Assembly (NCBI GenBank): GCA_013239625.1 | Contig: MU056050.1 | Coordinates: 7,296,773 to 7,360,772 of the forward strand | Direction of reading: 5' to 3' | Source: Lama guanicoe | Taxonomy: Eukaryota | Length of the DNA stretch: 64,000 nucleotides | Part shown: piece by piece, positions 38,071 through 52,200 of the stretch | How positions within the stretch are numbered: the stretch's first letter is position 1 | Layout of the letters: each line of letters begins with the position of its first letter | The notes under the pieces: generated by a model | The model's database searches: none | What the model was told of the DNA's origin: nothing | The model's input: only the letters and a program-made list of their open reading frames with translations | Translations under genes and position numbers: made by a program

Positions 38071-39059
38071 TTATTTGTCTTAAATTTTAAGATGCTCATG
38101 CTTGAAGGAACATATATAGTCTAATGTTTTCATTTTATCCCAGAAAATGAAGACTTAAAGAAGATAAGTAACTTGCCTAAGGTCAAACAATAACATGAAG
38201 GAAAAAGCTTAGACTAAACTCTAGGTCTTCTGGCTTCTCATTCCTATACTTTCCTCCCTACATTACCCTGTCTTTCTAACCCTTGCCATTTTCTTTCTTA
38301 CAATTTCATCTTCTGCTAGTCCTTCCCTTTTCCTTTTCCTGCACTGAAGCCTCCAACTTAAATCCACATTGAAATCAGACAACCACCTCCCAGTCATTTT
38401 TACTCCCACTGTGACATTAAAAACTTGTCCTCCTAAGAAGTTATAGTTCAGCTCTTTTGATAGTGGGAATAGAGGAATGTTTGTGGCAGGGAATGAAAAG
38501 AAGGTATTATGTAAAGTCGAATAAATAAATAATCATAGCTTATAGCTTACAGATCCAGGCTAATAGCACATTTTTTCTCTCTAACTACCCATTCATCACA
38601 TACTATAGTCTTCTAGCAGAGTGCCCTAATTCGGTACCATCTGCTGCTATTATATTAAATTACTATTATGATTTTGAGTACCAAAGTCATAATATGCAGA
38701 GGTTAAAGCTTTTTAGTACTGGTAACATTCTAAAAGTAAATGTGCAGAGTACTTTGATAATTGGAAAAAAAGCACAATTCAATGAAAGAGGTCTAATGGA
38801 TTTATAAAAAGTTGAAAACTCAGGAACTACTAAACTTTGAGCCTAGTTCTCTAAGTCATTTGGAGTGACCTCACGTAAAATAATATTTCTAATCATTAAA
38901 TCCCAGGCACAACATGAAAATTATGATTGCTTGACAGGAGGTAAAACAAGGAGGGGTTGGAGAAAGAAGAAATGGTAGCAATGAAAACTGCCATTTACCC
39001 AGTCTTATTTTGTATCAAAAGCACTGGGCTAAGTACTTTATTATACATGTTTTTATTTT

Positions 39060-40580
39060 AGGCTCTCAGGTGCATACAATTGGATTAATCATGATACTTG
39101 GTTCATGACACCCTTCCAGCACTGGTCCCCAGTTATTTAGCTAGTGATTTTTAATAATGTAATAAGTACCTGTAAACTCACAACCCCAAATAAAAACTAA
39201 GACCTTGACAATAATCTCCATCTAACTATAAGGATTCCTCCACTCCTATCCTACATGCCCCCCCCACTTCTCAGCCAAGGTAACCATCATCTTGAATACT
39301 ATGCTCATTATCTCTTTGCTTTTTAAAATTAATTTTATTACACCTATATGTAATATGAAACTTAAATTTTTTATTTTATAAAAGATAGCATGCTCTATAT
39401 AATCTTTTAGGGCTGACTTTTTCATTTAATATTATATTGTTAAGATTAATCCATATCGTTTGTGTGTGGCTGTAGTTCATTTATACTGAATACTGCATAG
39501 TATTTCACTGTATAAATAGACTACAGTTAATTAATCCATTAACATTGATAAAATTTAGTTTTTTTCTAGATTTTTGTATTGTGAACTATGCTGTTATAAA
39601 AATACTTGCATGTGTCTCTTGTTAGACATGAATAAGGTTCTTTTAGGTATGTAGGAGTAGAATTTTTGGTTCATAGAGTATATAGAAGTTAACTTTGGGA
39701 GATAATGTCAAAATGCAACCTAAGTGCTTGCAGCAATTTGCATATATTTGTGCTAGGTAATATATAAGAAATCATGTGACTCTGCATTTCCAATACTTGC
39801 CTTTCTCAGACGGAGTTCCTCAGCTGAACCACAGAACAACAGAAAACAATTTGAGTGACTATCCCCTCAATTCTCTCAAGGATAGTACATAAATAGTACC
39901 ATTCTAGATGCACAGGAGAGAAGTTAATTCTTTACATGTAATGGATACCTTAGGGCATTAGCACTTTGTTCTCTCCAGGAACCCCAATTGAGAAAGATTG
40001 CTTAGTATTATCACTTTTTACTTTTTTGCCAACCAATTGGATATAAAATGGTATCTTATTATGAGCTGATTTTCATTTTCTTAGTTAATAATGATATTGA
40101 ATCTCTTCATTATTTAATTGGCCATAAGTGTTCGCTGAAATTTCTGTTCATGTATTTTGTCCATTTTTCTACAGGATTACTTGTGCTTTCTTAATAATTT
40201 TTACAACTCCTTTATGTATTGTTGTTATTATTTCTTTGTCAATTGTGTTTTGTGAATATTTTCTCCCAGTTTGTAACTTGTCTTTTCTCGTGCTTTTGTT
40301 TTTGAGCCTTAAGACAGCTTTCTCTATTCCAAAGTTAGGAAGATAGTCACTGACATTTTCTACTAAGAGTTTAAAATTTTTGTTCTTGAAATTTATACTC
40401 TTAATTGATTTTGTATGTGTTATGAGATAAGAATGATTTTCATCTTTTTCATATGGATAACTATTTTCCAGTTTCATTAGCTAAACAATCTCTACATTTC
40501 CCACTGATTTGTCATGCTACTTCTTTTACATATCATAACTCCATACATACATGGGTTTATTTCTGAGCTCTCTATTTGTA
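39060..40580 (-). mobile_element. L1ME-like degenerate LINE
   Basis: 'gtgtggctgtagttcattta...aaatggtatcttatt...gaatattttctcccagtttgtaacttgtctttt...ttcatatggataactattttccag'. Confidence 0.7.
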
Positions 40581-42929
40581 AACAATTTTAATTCATTATT
40601 TCATGCAGTCTTCACAATAAGCAATCTGACATCGATTATTTCATGTAATCCACAAAAATCATCCTATTAGGTAGGCGCTATTTTTTCGATTTTACAGATT
40701 TAGTAAACTATAGCTTAGAGAGGTTAGTTACTTGTTCAAGATCACAGACTGGTTTATGGAAGCTCCAAGCCCGGGACCCCAGAGTCCACTGTTTTAAGCA
40801 GTGATCAATACTGGCTCTACTACCTTATAAAGATGTTGTGAAACTCAGTAAATACCACAGACAGTAAACTATATATTTAGCTCTGTACTAGCTACTTAGT
40901 GGTTTGAGGTAGGGTTAGGGGTAGTGTTGCAAAGGAAAGACAAGGTCTAGATGATCTCTAAGTGTCCCCTCTTTCACATCTCCTACTCCTCTTCCCAGTA
41001 CCTTGCTGCATATTCTGATTATTTTCTTTTTCCCAACTAAGCTTTTAGTGTAATAGTGGACACCCCCTTATAGAGGTTGTTTGGCTCTTCTGTAGTGCTC
41101 AGGGCTACAAATTCTTGTCTTGGAAGAAGACTAACCAAGAGTGGCCAAAGAAATCTGAAAGACTTGAGCACCTGTTCCATATGGAAGGAGATAGAATTAC
41201 TGAGCTGCTGCTAACTTGCAAAAATAACTTGTGAGCTCTCCTGGAAGCAAAGGCACCCTGATCCTTTCAAAGAACAGTTGTGAGAAATAGTGTGTGTGTT
41301 GTGGGTAGGGCAGGGTGCAGAGAGATGGAATTCAAAATTGCAGAGCTATTCTTGAAGTTATGGTGCTTTAGAATGTTCCCAGTGGGTCTAAACCTCAAAT
41401 AAAGTTTGGAGGGAGGTAAGAGGGTAGGATAGAGAGGGCAAAAAAATGATCAGTCTGATATCCATAGTCTTTTTTTTAAGCTGACCTATACTCTTAAGAA
41501 ACTTTTAAATTGCACACACAAATGAAAATGTACCTTCAGCATGAAGCTCTATGAGGTCTAATTATCAGAGCAAGTGTTTACTGAATTAATTTAAAAAATA
41601 CAATCCTAACACTGCCTATTTCATAATCTAGGGGAAGCATTTTCTTCTCAAGCCATGTTCAGTGTGCAACAGGAAGCCAATTATCACCCCAGAACATTTC
41701 TCAGTGAAAAATGTGTCATTCCTTAGGACACTTACGGCTTAAGCAGGCTTAAAGCCCCCATCTCATCATTTTCTCTTATTTCTACCACCAAAATACCCAT
41801 CAATCCAAACCAAGATCATTTTTACCATTTTATATCTAAAGCTGTCAATGACACTTGGACAAAGAAAATTTTGGCAAAAGACAAGGCATATTTTTTGCTT
41901 ATTTAAATGCTCATACCAGCTTTTCCTGCAGAGTATAATAATGGGGCTCCTGAGAGAAAAATATAGGAAACAGCCACTAGTACTGATTAAATGAGGGTGA
42001 ATTCAGTTTTATTGTTTTTATGCAAACTCAGTAATTCTAACTAAAAACTAACCAGTATGGCCCCTTTAGAATTCCTAGGGATGTGTTTTTCATCAATGGA
42101 AAGGAATGCTTTCTATTTACCAGATGTAGGCACCTTGTGAATGAGAGCCTTATTCATCTTTCACCTTACTCATTTTTCAGTTTCTGAAAGAAATTAGCAT
42201 ATTCATCTACCCTTCCATCCAATATCACCTGACACATAGTAGGCATCCAATAAATGTTTGCTGAATAAATATAATATATTAGCATATTATTTGTTTATAA
42301 TTGTCTACTGCTGAGAATGCTTTTAAACTGGTTATATAAATAGGCTAAATACTATCTGGACATTAAAAATTTGATTATCAAAACTTGATTTCTTAGATAC
42401 AATTTATTTTTATAGTCCTAAAAAATATCAATACGAATTTAAGAGATTTTTTTTCGTGTGCCGAAAGAAGAAGTTCCATTTTCCTTTATAGACACAAGAC
42501 AGAACTTTTCCAGACCTCCTTCTGTGTAACCAAACACTTTCAAGTGGCAACCAAACATTCCAAAGTGCCTAAGCTGTCTGAGTGTCATAGCAGAAAACAG
42601 CTGGGGACATGATGTTGAGAACGACCAGTGTTTACATCATATTCACATTCCTTTTTGCAAATACCAGATTCCACAGATATAAGACAGGTGTGTCCTGCTA
42701 CTCTATTTTTTCCCTCAAAGGGCACCTGGATCCTGTCTGGAAAACAGATCAAGAACTGCCAACCACTATTAGGCAGGATAAATTTTCTAACTCTATAGTT
42801 GGGAAAGCATGATTTTACATATATACTTGTACTTTTGAGGACAATGGGAAAGAACATGTAACACTGGGGCTGCTTTGAAAAATCCAGAACATGTGGTTTC
42901 CCATACTTGCAGGAATGACAAGAGAATCT

Positions 42930-43790
42930 ACAAGAGGAACATAATTTTATAAAATAGATTTGATGTGAAAGAACACAGCATAAACAGTGCTAAAATACAT
43001 GGAAGAACATTTGCAATACACTTAACAGGAAAAAAGATTGATTTCCATGAGAACCCTTACAAGTCCAAAATTGAAAGACAAATAACCCTAGAAAAATGGG
43101 CAAAGGATATCACAAATGATATATAAAAGAAACACAAAAGATTAGTAAACATTTGAAAAAGATGCTCAAACTCACTATTTATTAGAGAAATGCAAATTAA
43201 AGCAATAAGGAGCTATATAATCCATCACTTGTCTAAAGGGTAAAAAGCCGTAGGATTGAAGATATCACATGTTGGCAAGAAGACAGGGAATGACTCTCAA
43301 CACCACACGTGTTGATTTGGTGAGGCCTTTGTAGAAGTCATCATAGTATTAGCCATCATAATGTACAAAGCCCTTAACACTTCAACTCTGCAACCCTACT
43401 GCTTAGACTCTATTCTAGAGTAATACTTGCTCACAGGTACAGAGAAGCATGCTCATGGATGTTCTGTGCAGCATTTTTGTGGCAGCCAAAAGATAGGAAT
43501 AATCTAAATATCTATCAACAAGAGAATCCCAGTAGTTATTTTCCTAATCTCTAACATGGTCCACCAGGCAGTTATTAAAAAGAGAGAAAGTCAGGGCAGA
43601 AATTATCCTTGGTGGGGAAGTAAGTGATTACAAAAGGGCACCAGGGTCTTCTGGGGTGCCAGAAATGATTTGTGCCTTGTCTGAGGTGCTGGTTATATAA
43701 GTGTGCTGTTTGTGAAAGTTTATTGGTATACATGTAGGATTTTGCACTTTTATGCACTTCAATGAAATATGTTTTTAAAAAAACTAACAA
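42930..43790 (+). mobile_element. L1ME-like degenerate LINE 3' region
   Basis: 'gaaaaatgggcaaaggatat...aaacatttgaaaaagatgctcaaactcact...agagaaatgcaaattaaagcaa'. Confidence 0.75.
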
Positions 43791-46656
43791 ACTGAAAACA
43801 AGATTTGGGAGACTCAACGCTTTAGTGGAAAGAGTACTCTCTTAGGAAGAAGGAGTTCTGAGCTCCAGCTCCTTTCTGCCCAAATTAGTTTGGGACTTCA
43901 GGCAAGTCATTTAGGCTAAATCATTGTTGACTCATCTGTAAATGTGGGGATAATTATATTCTGTTGAAAGATAGAGAACCGAGTCCAATGATTTTCATAT
44001 CTTTTTCATTTCTAGGCTCTATGGCTCTTTAAGCCGTAACAGTTCAAGATGACTTATCTCCATTAACTTTCTTTTATCTAACCCCTCGTCTCCATCCCTA
44101 CTCCCATAACACTGATTCAGGCCCATATTTCACTTCCCTGGGATATTTCAAAAGTCTTCAAACTTGTCTCTCCAGTCCTGCCCCTTTACAACACATAATA
44201 AAACACTTTGGTTAGAGTATCTTTTGAAAGTACAGCTCAGATCACATCCCTGCCTTCTTCAGAAACCTTAGAAATCAGCGGGGCATTGTGCAAAGTTCAC
44301 AGGACCCATCATCTGAAAACCTGGGTCTGAATAGCTTACTGGCTGTCTCCACCTGGGCAAGCTATTGAGGCTCTGAATCTCCATTACCTCATCTGTGAAA
44401 TGAGAGCAGTACTGGGAACTTCATCCATTATTACATGTTCCATGAAATAGAACAGACTTTTAGCTACTGATGTGTCAATTTCTAAGTCACACTTAACATC
44501 ATCTGCTAGGAGCCCAGAGTAAAGGCAGAGAATCAAATTCCTTAGCTACCTTTACTTGACTCACTCCAATCAAGACAGAGAACAGTCCTGGGCAGTCAGA
44601 GCTTCAACACAAAGCTCTCCAACTGACTGGCTATTTGACAGGAGAGCAAAAAGTGAAAGACACCTTCCTCTTTGCAGGCTATGCCAGAGAGAGTGGTACC
44701 TCACAGCAAAGGACAATAGTCTTAATTGATTGAAAGCCTGGCCTAGAAGATCTGGAGACCTCTCTGTACATACCTAACATTGATAAGAACTGTTTAATAG
44801 AAACCTGGCACAGAATTGAAAAAACCTAAAATCTTGTGGTTACCCTGCTGAGATAATTTAGGATGCATTAGTCAATGTTTCTCATGCTGTTCATCCTAGA
44901 TCAGGGTAATTATGGAGAGGAATAAAAAAAGCCAGATTAGAAAACAGCTTGCCAGTAAAACCACTATATTTGTATGGGATGATACTTAAATCAGCATGTG
45001 AAAACAGTACGTAGTTATGACTCGTTGCCTGCTCAGACTTTATGCCAAGTGCTGAAGGAAATTCAGCACTTGGCATTCATTTTAGAGGGAAAGCCTGGTT
45101 CCTGTGGATTGTTACACAAGTCTCGTAATATCTCTGTCTTGCCAGATACAAAGGCCACTCATGCTGGGGATGCCCCTTACATTAAATGACTTGCATGATC
45201 CCCAGGAACTAATTTTGAGGAAAGGCACATTCTTAACTTGATCGCTCTTCTTCCCAGGGAATTCAATCAGTCATCTTCTGAAATGTCACCTCTTTCCTTA
45301 CAAAGCTTCCTTGATTGACCAGAGGAACAAAGTTGTATTCATTAACCTCATCCTGACCTGAAGTAAAATTCCATGAAAATGCCTTTACTCTTCATTCCAT
45401 TATGCACTCCATTTCTTCCTGGCTTAGTGCACAGCACGTAATAGCCACTTAGTAAATATTTGCTCTTATTTACAGAGTATTCACTATAAGCAGCCACTCT
45501 TTGATAGCACTCAGCATAATTGCAAATAATTATTTGCGCAATTATTTGCTTAATGACTGTCTTCCTTATTAGACTGTGAGCATCACAAGGCCAGAGTCAA
45601 AGTTTGCCTTATTTATAGCTGTACTCTTAACACCCACTACAATGCTTCAAACTTAAGACTAAATATTCACTGAACAAAAGAACACCATGTATTAAGCACT
45701 GTTTATTCATTTTCTCACTTAATCCCAAAACAACCTGTACACTCAGTACGCTTATTCCTATTTTATAGGTGAGCAAACTGAGGCTCAAAGAGCTACAATA
45801 ACTTGCCTAAGGTCAGAGCCAGGATTCTGAGTATGTCCTCTTAATAACTGTGGTATCCTGCCTCCCTCTTTTTACATCCTGTTCTACTATATATTAGCTG
45901 CAGCCTGGGAAAGTTTCATAAGTTTTCTAAGTCTCAGTTTTCTTATCTATAAATAAAGGAGAAAATGATATCTATTTTATAGATTTGTTATGAAGTTTGG
46001 TTGAGTTTTTATGTAAAACACTGTGGTTGGCATACAATCAATATTTAATAAAAGCTGCTGCTCCTGTATTGTTGTTATTGAATCAAACACATAGAAGAAA
46101 GGGACTGTAGCTGGGGAATGCCACTTGCTAAAACCTGCCTCCCCTGCAAAATAGCACATACCACTGGAGCAGTTGGACATATCTCTAACGGCTTTCTGTG
46201 CCGCTCTCATCAACCCTCACTCACCACATTCCATAAAATAGCTTGCACGTGAAAGTTGCTTTGCTTAAAATTCAAATGTCGAATAAGCAAAATATTTTAA
46301 AGTTAATTCTATTACACAAGCAATTGCTCAGTGTGAAATACTGCAACCTGCATGGCTTAAATTGAATAGCTCACATTATCAAGGAAATGGAGATTGGAAA
46401 AAGAAAATCAAGACTGTCCCCTAGACTATTACAGAAGGGAATTTCATCATCGTGGATTTTTATTTCAACAGATGTAAATGGGTAGCAGGAAATAGAGCGG
46501 AGAAAGAAAATTTCAAATTAGGTGGCCAATTCTTTGTTGAAATACCTAGAGCAGTCAACATATACACAACTGCTTTATTTGTCACTTTCTGGTCTACTGT
46601 TTCACTGTAACTTCAGTTCTTGACAGAAGACTCTAGACATATTTTATCATAGAATA

Positions 46657-47145
46657 CAGTATCTGTAGTTTTGCTTTCTGCAGTTTCAGTTACCTGAGGT
46701 CAACCGCGGTCCAAAAATATTAATTGGAAAATTCCAAAAATAAACAATTCATATTTTTTTGAATTGCATGCTGTTCTGAGTAGCATGTGAAATCTCATGC
46801 TGTCTTGCTCTATCCCACTTGGGACATGAATTGTCCCTTTGTCCAGCATATCCCACCTGTTAGTCACTTAGTAGCTGTCTAGGTTATCAGGTCAACTGTC
46901 AAGGTATCAGCAGTGCTTGTGTTCAACTAACCCTTACTTTACTTAATAATGGCCCCAAAGTGCAAGAATGGTGATCCTGGAAATTCAGATATTCTTACTG
47001 TGCTTAATTTATAAATTAAACTCTATCATAGGTATGCGTGCATAGAAAAAACACAGTACATATAGGGATCACTATTATCTGCAGTTTCAGGCATCTACCA
47101 GGGGGTCTTGGAATACATCACATGGAAAAGTGGGGGGGACGACTG
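46657..47145. mobile_element. MER44-like TcMar-Tigger DNA transposon
   Basis: ta|cagt...'tttcagttacctgaggtcaaccgcggtccaaaaatattaattggaaaattcca'...'ttacttaataatggccccaaagtgcaag'...'gggggggacgactg'. Confidence 0.88.
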
Positions 47146-49408
47146 TCCTACAAACGTCCAACATTCTGAACCACAGTGGCCTAGGTACACCTAATTTCTC
47201 TGATGCAATATGGGTAGCTGAACTGGTTCTTAAGCCTGGCTGCATATTGGAATCATTTGCAGTGCTTTTAAATAACATTGATCCCTGGCCCTTCCTCAAT
47301 TTCCATTCTGATTCAGTTGATTTTTGACAATAATTTTAGAGGTATCCTGCCTTAGTTTGGATCTCAACTTCTACACTTATTATTTGGACAAATTACTCAA
47401 CTTCTCTGTATTTAAGTTTCCTTATCAGTAAAATAAAAATAATCATAGAGTGGCTGTGAAAGTCAAATAAGTCAACACATTTGAAATACTTTGAACAGTA
47501 TCTGGCACACAGTAGGTGTTCCATAGTCTTAGCTATTAGTAGTAATGGTAATAAAATATTTCAATTATTATACTTTGGTGTCACGGAAGAGAAAGGAAGA
47601 CCTGCAGAGTTTGCAATCTCAGGTGGAATAACAATGCTGAAATGGCAGCAGAAATATCTGTGCTTGAAGTTCATGAAAAGGAAATCTCTTCACTGTAAGA
47701 TACTACTTTGAAGCAAAATCAGATGATTTGAAGTTGAGCTCCACCTGGAATTTGTCTTGATTTTATACATGGAGAAGTAAAAATCTAAACTGAGCACATG
47801 GTGCTAGAATAACCCTATTTATTTATACCATGCAATAGACCGTCATTGCTAGTTTCCCCTGGTTAAAAATAAAATTCTAAGGATAGGACTTTGAAAAATC
47901 CAAAGTCATATTAATCTGCAAATAAATAGCAAGGTTGGGATGGTGACGGTTTTCATACTTGTCCTCTAATTCCACGGGGAGGAGGGAAAATCCATTCTAC
48001 TTGTGTGAGAGGGCAGACAGTACTATAGAAACTTCTCTGGGCTTTTTCTCCACCCTTGCTTTCTCCTTGGCATAGGAGGAGTGTTGACTTATCTGATTAG
48101 TAAGATTAGAATAAAAATAAGTGCTCATTCATGGCTTAAATTCTGCATTCTGGCTTTCAGGTCTGAATGTCCTCAGGTTGACATAACCCTTTCTCTCTTA
48201 TAAAGTGAGCAGAGCTTAGTCAGGGCACAGACACTGTTATCCAGTGGCAGGCCCACAGGCTCACCTGGCTCTCAATTTCTAGCATCTGCTGAATTGGGAC
48301 ACAGGCCATCACTCTCAATGACACTGGCAGGTAAGTGGTCTGTTCTGTAGACTCAGACATTCCCATCTGTGGGTATCAAGGTATAGATTTGGAGCTGGAG
48401 ATGGTAGGAAGCTTCATTAGGACTTAAGCTCAAGCCATGTTCTTCAATCCAGTTTTACTTATAATAAACCTGATACCACATTTTGTTCCTCCCATGGCCT
48501 TTTGTGTTTGTTCTCAGTTTGACTCGAATTGTTAGGAGAAAAGCACTCACACTCTCAAACCTTAACAAACAGCAGAAGTAACTGTAAGAGTAACTGTTGA
48601 CAGTTTTCAAAATGCTCTCCCCATTTAACAGATGTGGAAACTGAAGCTTCAAAAAAGGCTTCTGTGATTTGCCCAGGGTCAAAATACTAATGACAAGTGG
48701 CAAATCCAGTACTAAAATCAGCATCATCAGCATTCTCTTCACTACATGTCTAAATATGCTTCTTTCTCTTATTAAGGTCAGGGAGGCCCTTATAGGCTTC
48801 AAAGTCAAGAATGACAGTTGCTTTAATAACTTTATTAAACCAACAGGAGAGAAAAAAAATCCCCAAGTCTAAGAATTCTTTTATTGTAAAACTGAGTTTT
48901 ACCAACCAAAGACTGATTTTTTTCAGAAAAGTCTTTACCTAAAAATTGAGAAATTGAAAGAGATCCTCTAGACAAAATTATGCAACAAAGTTTAAGTAAC
49001 AGATAAAACATGATTATAAAATTTTTTTCCTATTTGGATAGAGTAACTTTAGGGTGGGCTGAGATGAAGGACAGGAACTGTCTCCTGCCAAGTAAGCAAG
49101 TGTCACAAAGACTTTCTTCTGTGATTTGCTGAACTGCTGGAGTTCAGCCATACAGAAGCAATTCCCTCATAGGTATTTCCCAGACTCAAACTCCTTTTCT
49201 AGTTTGAGATCAAAGGGCCCTCCCCTGTGCAGCAGGCAGAACAGATATGATACCTCATATACCACTGTGTTAGCTGGCTACAAATCATGTAATACTATTA
49301 GCATGGGGGAAGCCAGCTCCTCTAGGTTATAGATACACCTTCTGCAATACAAATGAATCAATCACATGCCACAGGCCTAGCCACCTTGAAATGATTATAT
49401 AGATAATA

Positions 49409-49534
49409 GGTAATAATCAGTTCTGGTTCTGCTACTAGTTAATTGTGTGACTTTAGAAAAGTGCCTTCTCTGGCTTTCAGTTTCTTCATTTGTGAAAATG
49501 ATGGAGTTAGATGAGATTGCCTCCAACTCTAAAA
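49409..49534 (+). repeat. Copy 1 of a 126-bp direct repeat (MIR-derived)
   Basis: Ungapped match to 50480-50605 with 12 mismatches by hand count. Confidence 0.9.
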
Positions 49535-50479
49535 CTATGATTCAATATCTACCACTAGCCTCTATATTACCAACACATAAGGCTGACTCACACTTTACGT
49601 CTTTGAGAGAAGAACTCTTAAAGACTGAGGTACAATGAAGTCACAGAATCATTCCAAAGCTATTCCAATGGTTGGGGCAACTTAAGAGAGATGTATTTGC
49701 ATTTTTCTATCTTGCTTCTTCTGTGTCACCCTCAATCTCCCATCCGCCTGAGAGTCCTTGAAGGTGAAAAATTTCACAGAGTTTCTATCAGAATTGAGAA
49801 AGAAGTTCAGCTTATGTTTTTGATCCTTTAGTTATCAAGATATAGTTTTATTTTTGAAACTGATAATTAGATAAAAATGTCCAAAGGACTAAATAAACTG
49901 AGTAGGGCTATTAGTCTACTCTTTTTTCTTATTTTAATTCCATCTGAAGGAACAATAGGCTCTTTCTGTCTTTGGCAATATAATAATTCAGTGGACATGA
50001 TAGAAATACCACACATCAAGATATAAAATGGTGGCATTTTCTCACTTTAAAAACAATCAATGCTTTCATTTGTGAACTTCAAAGTACACGTGAAATAAAA
50101 GTCTCAGACCTGTGAGTGTGAGGTAAATCAAAGGGCCGTCAGTATTGTAAAAAAGTTTCCTGGTTCATTGGCCCTCTTCTAGGTAAGAATGGAAACAAAA
50201 GCACTCTGAGGGAGATGACTGTTCATCTCATTTTTATATTTCTTTTCCAAGAGGGCTTAAACAACTTCCCCTGATAAATCATTCTAATATAGTTCTTCCT
50301 TATGTCTGACTGAACCTCTCCTTGCTGCTCTGCAGGCCTACTTCCTCTTGTTTATCTAGTCTTGGCAGTGCTGGAACTGTTCACTGTCTTACATATTGTC
50401 AAGTCTCATTCTGACTTGCAGAAATTCTAGAGGAAACCTTGAGAACTGAGTTAGGGGTTTATGATCAAGTTTAGATACT

Positions 50480-50605
50480 GGTAATAATCAGTTCTGGTTC
50501 TGCTACTGGTTAATGATGTGACTTTAGAAAAATCCCTTTTCTGGCTTTCAGTTTTTTCATTTGTGAAAATGATGGAGTTAGGCGAGATTACCTCTAATTC
50601 TAAAA
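50480..50605 (+). repeat. Copy 2 of the 126-bp direct repeat (MIR-derived)
   Basis: Ungapped match to 49409-49534. Confidence 0.9.
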
Positions 50606-51369
50606 TCTGGAGGTCTTAATTATATCTTAACATTCCTGGTGATGCTATTCCATCTTAGTCAAAGTTATTTCTTCTCTCTGGTTATTAGCACCTCATCTAT
50701 AAAATGAAATGAATACAAAACTATATTAAGAGAAAGAATCACCATACTGATGCAAATTATTATTGAATTGAAGAGTATTCCTGAAGAACTTGAACTCTTG
50801 GGGTTCAATCATTACTACAAATGGCAATGGTTGAAGACCCCTCTTTCCATACTGGGCATCGTATACTTAAGTGCAAATCTAATTTTCAATACAGAACTAT
50901 GAGAGAAGACAATAGAAATAGGACTATGTCCACATCTGGATGATCACTCTGGTATCATAACTATACCCAGATTAGTTGCCCACTCTTCCAGTGAGCTGGC
51001 ACCTTCTTAGAATGCCAGTGTTGCTTAAAACAGTGCATTGGATTTTAGTCATCATCCTGTTGGCCTTGTTGACTTAAGGATTCTTCCACTTTAGTGGAAG
51101 TATTTAAAAAGAGGGTTGGTATCTCTACTTCTACAAATATAGGTGGATCTCAAACCAGGAGACAGCTGGCATTTTCCGGACAGGAATGTGCTGCTGTGAT
51201 CTGACAAGGGTTTAACAGTCTTCTACTCTTTGGTCATGGAGCATAAGCTGAAAAAGGGGACTCTCCATAATCTTAGACAATTTATGCAGCTGCAGAATCA
51301 CCAAAGGAACATTTCCATGGGGAAAAGGTGAATTTTAAGAGCAAACACACTGAAGAATTCTGAGCTCAC

Positions 51370-51531
51370 CTTACGATAAAAGCTGCAAAGCAGCCAGATC
51401 CACATAGAATCTGTGGCCAAATACTGCAGTAATATCTAATCCAGGTTACTGATCTACTTCACAGAGGAGGAGTTGGAACAGGACACCCAACTCCACCTAT
51501 CAGTTTCTCTTGGGTGCTCATGAAATTTCAC
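51370..51531 (-). other. Candidate 162-nt exon of the minus-strand gene carrying an early stop (last coding or poison exon)
   Basis: Acceptor tctttgtctctttactAG|GTG and donor AAG|GTGAGC. Spliced to the 144-nt exon it reads G-E-I-S-stop (TGA at 51520-51518). Confidence 0.45.
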
Positions 51532-51784
51532 CTAGTAAAGAGACAAAGATTCCATTAGGGACAGGTATTCTTTTCACAAGCCCCCGGGTTCAATGTGTGG
51601 CTGCTCTAAAGGATGCAGTCTCACGAATGTCTGGAGTTTGACCTTTAGGGACAAGCGAGGCAGTCAGTTGATCAACACGAGATACCGAGTGCCCAGTTTT
51701 GTGCACAGCTCCACCCTGAGAGTGACAAGAAAATCATAGAGTATATCAAGGCAAAGGGAAAGTAATTCTTCAGCCAGATATGTG

Positions 51785-52200
51785 ATCAATCAACAAACGT
51801 TTCTTAAACATCTATGGTGTTCAAGACACCGTATCTCTACCAAAAGACATAAGAATCAGGGGCCCTTCCAGTCAGGGGATGATGACTGAGTTGAAAGGCT
51901 AAGACATATTTGTATGAACAGATAACCAATAGTTCAAGGTGGTCTATGATCAGTGTCGAGTGATTCATATGAATATAATGACCAAGGGGTTTCAGGGGTA
52001 CAAGTGAACAATTCTAACTGGGGTGATCCAGAAGGCTTCCTGGAGAAGGCAGGATTTGTACCAGGTGCTGTCAGTTGGACAGGATTTTGACAGGTGGAAG
52101 AAGAGGGTGAGCAGGCTAGGCAAAGGAAATGGTGTGAGCAAGGTCCCGAAGTAGGCAGGCCTAGTGCCTGTTTGGAGAAAGGCAGCAGACTACATTGGCT
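51785..52200 (-). mobile_element. L2 LINE 3' fragment
   Basis: 'caatcaacaaacgtttcttaaacatctatgg...ccagaaggcttcctggagaagg...gagcaaggtcccgaagtagg'. Confidence 0.7.
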
